A stretch of 64,000 nucleotides of DNA. Origin: Candidatus Bathyarchaeota archaeon (GTDB taxonomy: Archaea > Thermoproteota > Bathyarchaeia > Bathyarchaeales > Bathycorpusculaceae). A program made the translations under genes and the position numbers. Shown one piece after another: positions 61,971 to 64,000 of this stretch. The DNA is taken from the NCBI GenBank assembly GCA_963775685.1, contig CAVZJV010000014.1:1728001-1792000 (forward strand). Reading direction: 5' to 3'. The notes under the pieces were generated by a model. It searched no databases and was not told the origin of the DNA. It saw only the letters and a list, made by a program, of their open reading frames with translations. Numbering within the stretch: the first letter of the stretch is position 1; every line of letters starts with the position of its first letter.

Positions 61971-62841
61971 GATTGCATGTTTTGTTGAAAGATATAATTT
62001 TACTGACCCCCGAGAGCAAGCCGCCTTGCAAAACTTTAAGCAAGCAGCCGAGCGGTCTGGGCAAGAATTCAGTTTTCTATTCCGCGAAAACATCGAAGAC
62101 ATCCAAAACTACAACGCTGTGTTCATTCGCGCAACCACTGACCCCCTTTTCACCTCATACATCGTGTCCAAAACAGCTTGGGAACTGGGCTTAAAAGTTG
62201 TCGACGATCCAGAATCAATCACAATCTGCGGCAACAAAATCCACCAATACGCGCTCTTCGAAAAATACAACGTCCCCCACATACCCACATTGTTCTTAAG
62301 CAAAGATGATTTGCACCACAAAAAAATCACCGAAATCTTTGACGCCCTCGGCAAACCCGTGGTCATAAAAGCGCCCTACACATCCTTCTCCCGCTACGTC
62401 GAAAAGGCTGCCTGTGAAACCAGCTTCCGCGATGTCGCAAAACGCTTCTTCAAAAAATCCGATGTTCTCGCCATACAAAAGTTCACACCGACAGCTTTTG
62501 ACTGGCGGGTGGGAGTTCTGAACAACGATATCTTGTACGTTTGCAAGTATATGATTCCCAAGGGCAAATGGAAGCATGGCGCTAAACTACGTGGCAAATC
62601 AACAGTTGTTTGGGGCAGAACCGTAAGTTCACAGAAACGGGACATGCCTGCCAGGCTAAGGGAAGTTGCGTTGAAAGCATGCAGCGTTGTAGGCAAGGGA
62701 CTCTACGGCGTGGACATCAAAGAAGTCGACGGCGACTACGTAGTGGTTGAAGTCAACGATAACCCAAGCATCTATGCAGGCTACGAAGACTCAGGCGACA
62801 AAGACATCTACCAACGCATCATAAACTACCTAGCCGAATAG
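61963..62841 (+). CDS. RimK-family ATP-grasp ligase
   Basis: FIRATT, DDPESI, KAPYTSFS, FDWRVGVL, GLYGVDIKE, EVNDNP. Confidence 0.88.
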   Translation: MSKIACFVERYNFTDPREQAALQNFKQAAERSGQEFSFLFRENIEDIQNYNAVFIRATTDPLFTSYIVSKTAWELGLKVVDDPESITICGNKIHQYALFEKYNVPHIPTLFLSKDDLHHKKITEIFDALGKPVVIKAPYTSFSRYVEKAACETSFRDVAKRFFKKSDVLAIQKFTPTAFDWRVGVLNNDILYVCKYMIPKGKWKHGAKLRGKSTVVWGRTVSSQKRDMPARLREVALKACSVVGKGLYGVDIKEVDGDYVVVEVNDNPSIYAGYEDSGDKDIYQRIINYLAE

Positions 62842-62894
62842 CCAAAGCGCTTCGACACGTATTTATTCCCTTTTCGTTATCAACTTGTCGTTGA

Positions 62895-63869
62895 GTGGTT
62901 AGTATGCATAAAGAAGCATCGCATAAGGTTCCAGTGAAAGATTACGATTTTAACAAAGACCTGACAGTAGATGAGCTTGTTTTGCAGATGGATGCGGCGT
63001 GGGGCTTCACTGCTGGTAAACTCGCCGTTGGCGTCAACATAATGGAAGATATGATTAACAGCAAAGGGTGTGTCAAATTCCTCTCCTTTCCCGCCGACAT
63101 CATAGCTACTGGCACGCGAGGCGTAATTCGGGAACTCGTAAAACGCAAACTCGTAGACATAATCATAACAACCTGCGGCACCCTCGATCATGACGTTGCG
63201 CGCTGCTGGAAAGACTACTACAAAGGTAGCTTCATCATGAACGACACAAAACTCCACCAAGAAGGCCTAAACCGCCTCGGCAACGTCCTAGTTCCTAATG
63301 ACAGCTACGGCATAATCATCGAGAAGAAAATCATTCCAATGCTCGAAACCCTCTACAAAGAAGGCAAAAAAGAACTCTCCACAACTGAGCTCTGCCGCGA
63401 AATCGGCTTTCGCTGCTGCAACGAAACCTCGATTCTTTACTGGGCAGCCAAAAACGACATCCCAGTGTTTATTCCAGGCATCACCGACGGCTCAGTCGGC
63501 TACCAACTTTGGTTCTTCAGCCAAGACCACGAAGACTTCCGCATTAACCTGCTAAAAGACGAAGGCGACCTCAACAACATTGTTTTCGACGCCAAAAAAA
63601 GTGGTGCTCTCATCGTCGGCGGCGGTATCAGCAAACACCACACGATTTGGTGGAACCAGTTCAAAGATGGCTTAGACTACGTCGTCTACATCACGACGGC
63701 AGACGAATGGGATGGCAGCCTAAGCGGCGCACGACCAAGAGAAGCAGTTTCTTGGGGAAAAATCAACGAAAAAGCTAAACGCCTCATGATAGAAGGCGAC
63801 GCCACAGTGGTCATGCCAATAATGACGAGTGCGTTGCTTGAGAGGTTGAAGCAGAAAAAGAGCCAATAA
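62895..63869 (+). CDS. dys: Deoxyhypusine synthase
   Basis: GLNRLGN, TDGSVG, GGGISKH, DGSLSGARPREAVSWGK. Confidence 0.95.
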   Translation: MVSMHKEASHKVPVKDYDFNKDLTVDELVLQMDAAWGFTAGKLAVGVNIMEDMINSKGCVKFLSFPADIIATGTRGVIRELVKRKLVDIIITTCGTLDHDVARCWKDYYKGSFIMNDTKLHQEGLNRLGNVLVPNDSYGIIIEKKIIPMLETLYKEGKKELSTTELCREIGFRCCNETSILYWAAKNDIPVFIPGITDGSVGYQLWFFSQDHEDFRINLLKDEGDLNNIVFDAKKSGALIVGGGISKHHTIWWNQFKDGLDYVVYITTADEWDGSLSGARPREAVSWGKINEKAKRLMIEGDATVVMPIMTSALLERLKQKKSQ

Positions 63870-63950
63870 CATTTTGTAAGAAAAGTACATAGATAAACTG
63901 TTGTTCAGGAATAAGTAAAGATCTTGGCAGCAATCAAGGGGCAAACATCC

Positions 63951-64000
63951 ATGAAAGCCATGACAATAACAGTCATAGTAATCGTCGCACTTGTTCTGGC
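63951..64000 (+). CDS. Start of a secreted or membrane-anchored protein (partial)
   Basis: MKAMTITVIVIVALVL signal/TM-like N-terminus. Confidence 0.45.
   Translation, partial: MKAMTITVIVIVALVL

Noticed and set aside
341-63944. Numerous antisense and alternate-frame ORFs in the track (e.g. 11214-11681, 21610-22014, 56252-56749)
   Set aside because: Shadows of well-supported genes with no motifs of their own
1-64000. CRISPR arrays, rRNA, IS elements, integrases
   Set aside because: No regularly spaced repeats, rRNA-like stretches or transposase/recombinase motifs seen

Overview
Archaeal chromosomal window. Gene content (TFB, Gar1, L7Ae/S28e/L24e/L40e, Alba, archaeal Cdh cluster, H4MPT/F420 enzymes, deoxyhypusine synthase) fits an anaerobic TACK archaeon, most likely Bathyarchaeia (inference). 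In order: M42 peptidase (partial), PAS histidine kinase, bacterial-type Mtd, MscS, a DAP-type lysine operon, r-protein/TFB genes, AspRS, tRNA-Gly(CCC) with decayed accessory DNA and a broken TIR-like gene, a purine cluster, the ACDS/CODH operon, a 13 kb Fe-S/metal/redox island, FrhB-MetF-CofE, a GCS2/RLAN/RimK peptide-ligase locus and dhs. Best candidate for an undescribed system: the purine cluster encodes steps 1, 2, 4 and 5 but no PurN/PurT. A HAD + Ftr-like formyltransferase + PfkB trio (EhaR/S/T-like) is translationally coupled behind purD, suggesting an alternative GAR formyltransferase. Other highlights: a GTTTA-N5-TAAAC palindrome at four promoters near a Cys-tailed Lrp, an in-frame CdhC-CdhD fusion, and ACG codons at three expected start sites. 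Several single-base frameshifts in core genes look like long-read errors. All family assignments come from motif recognition, not database searches.
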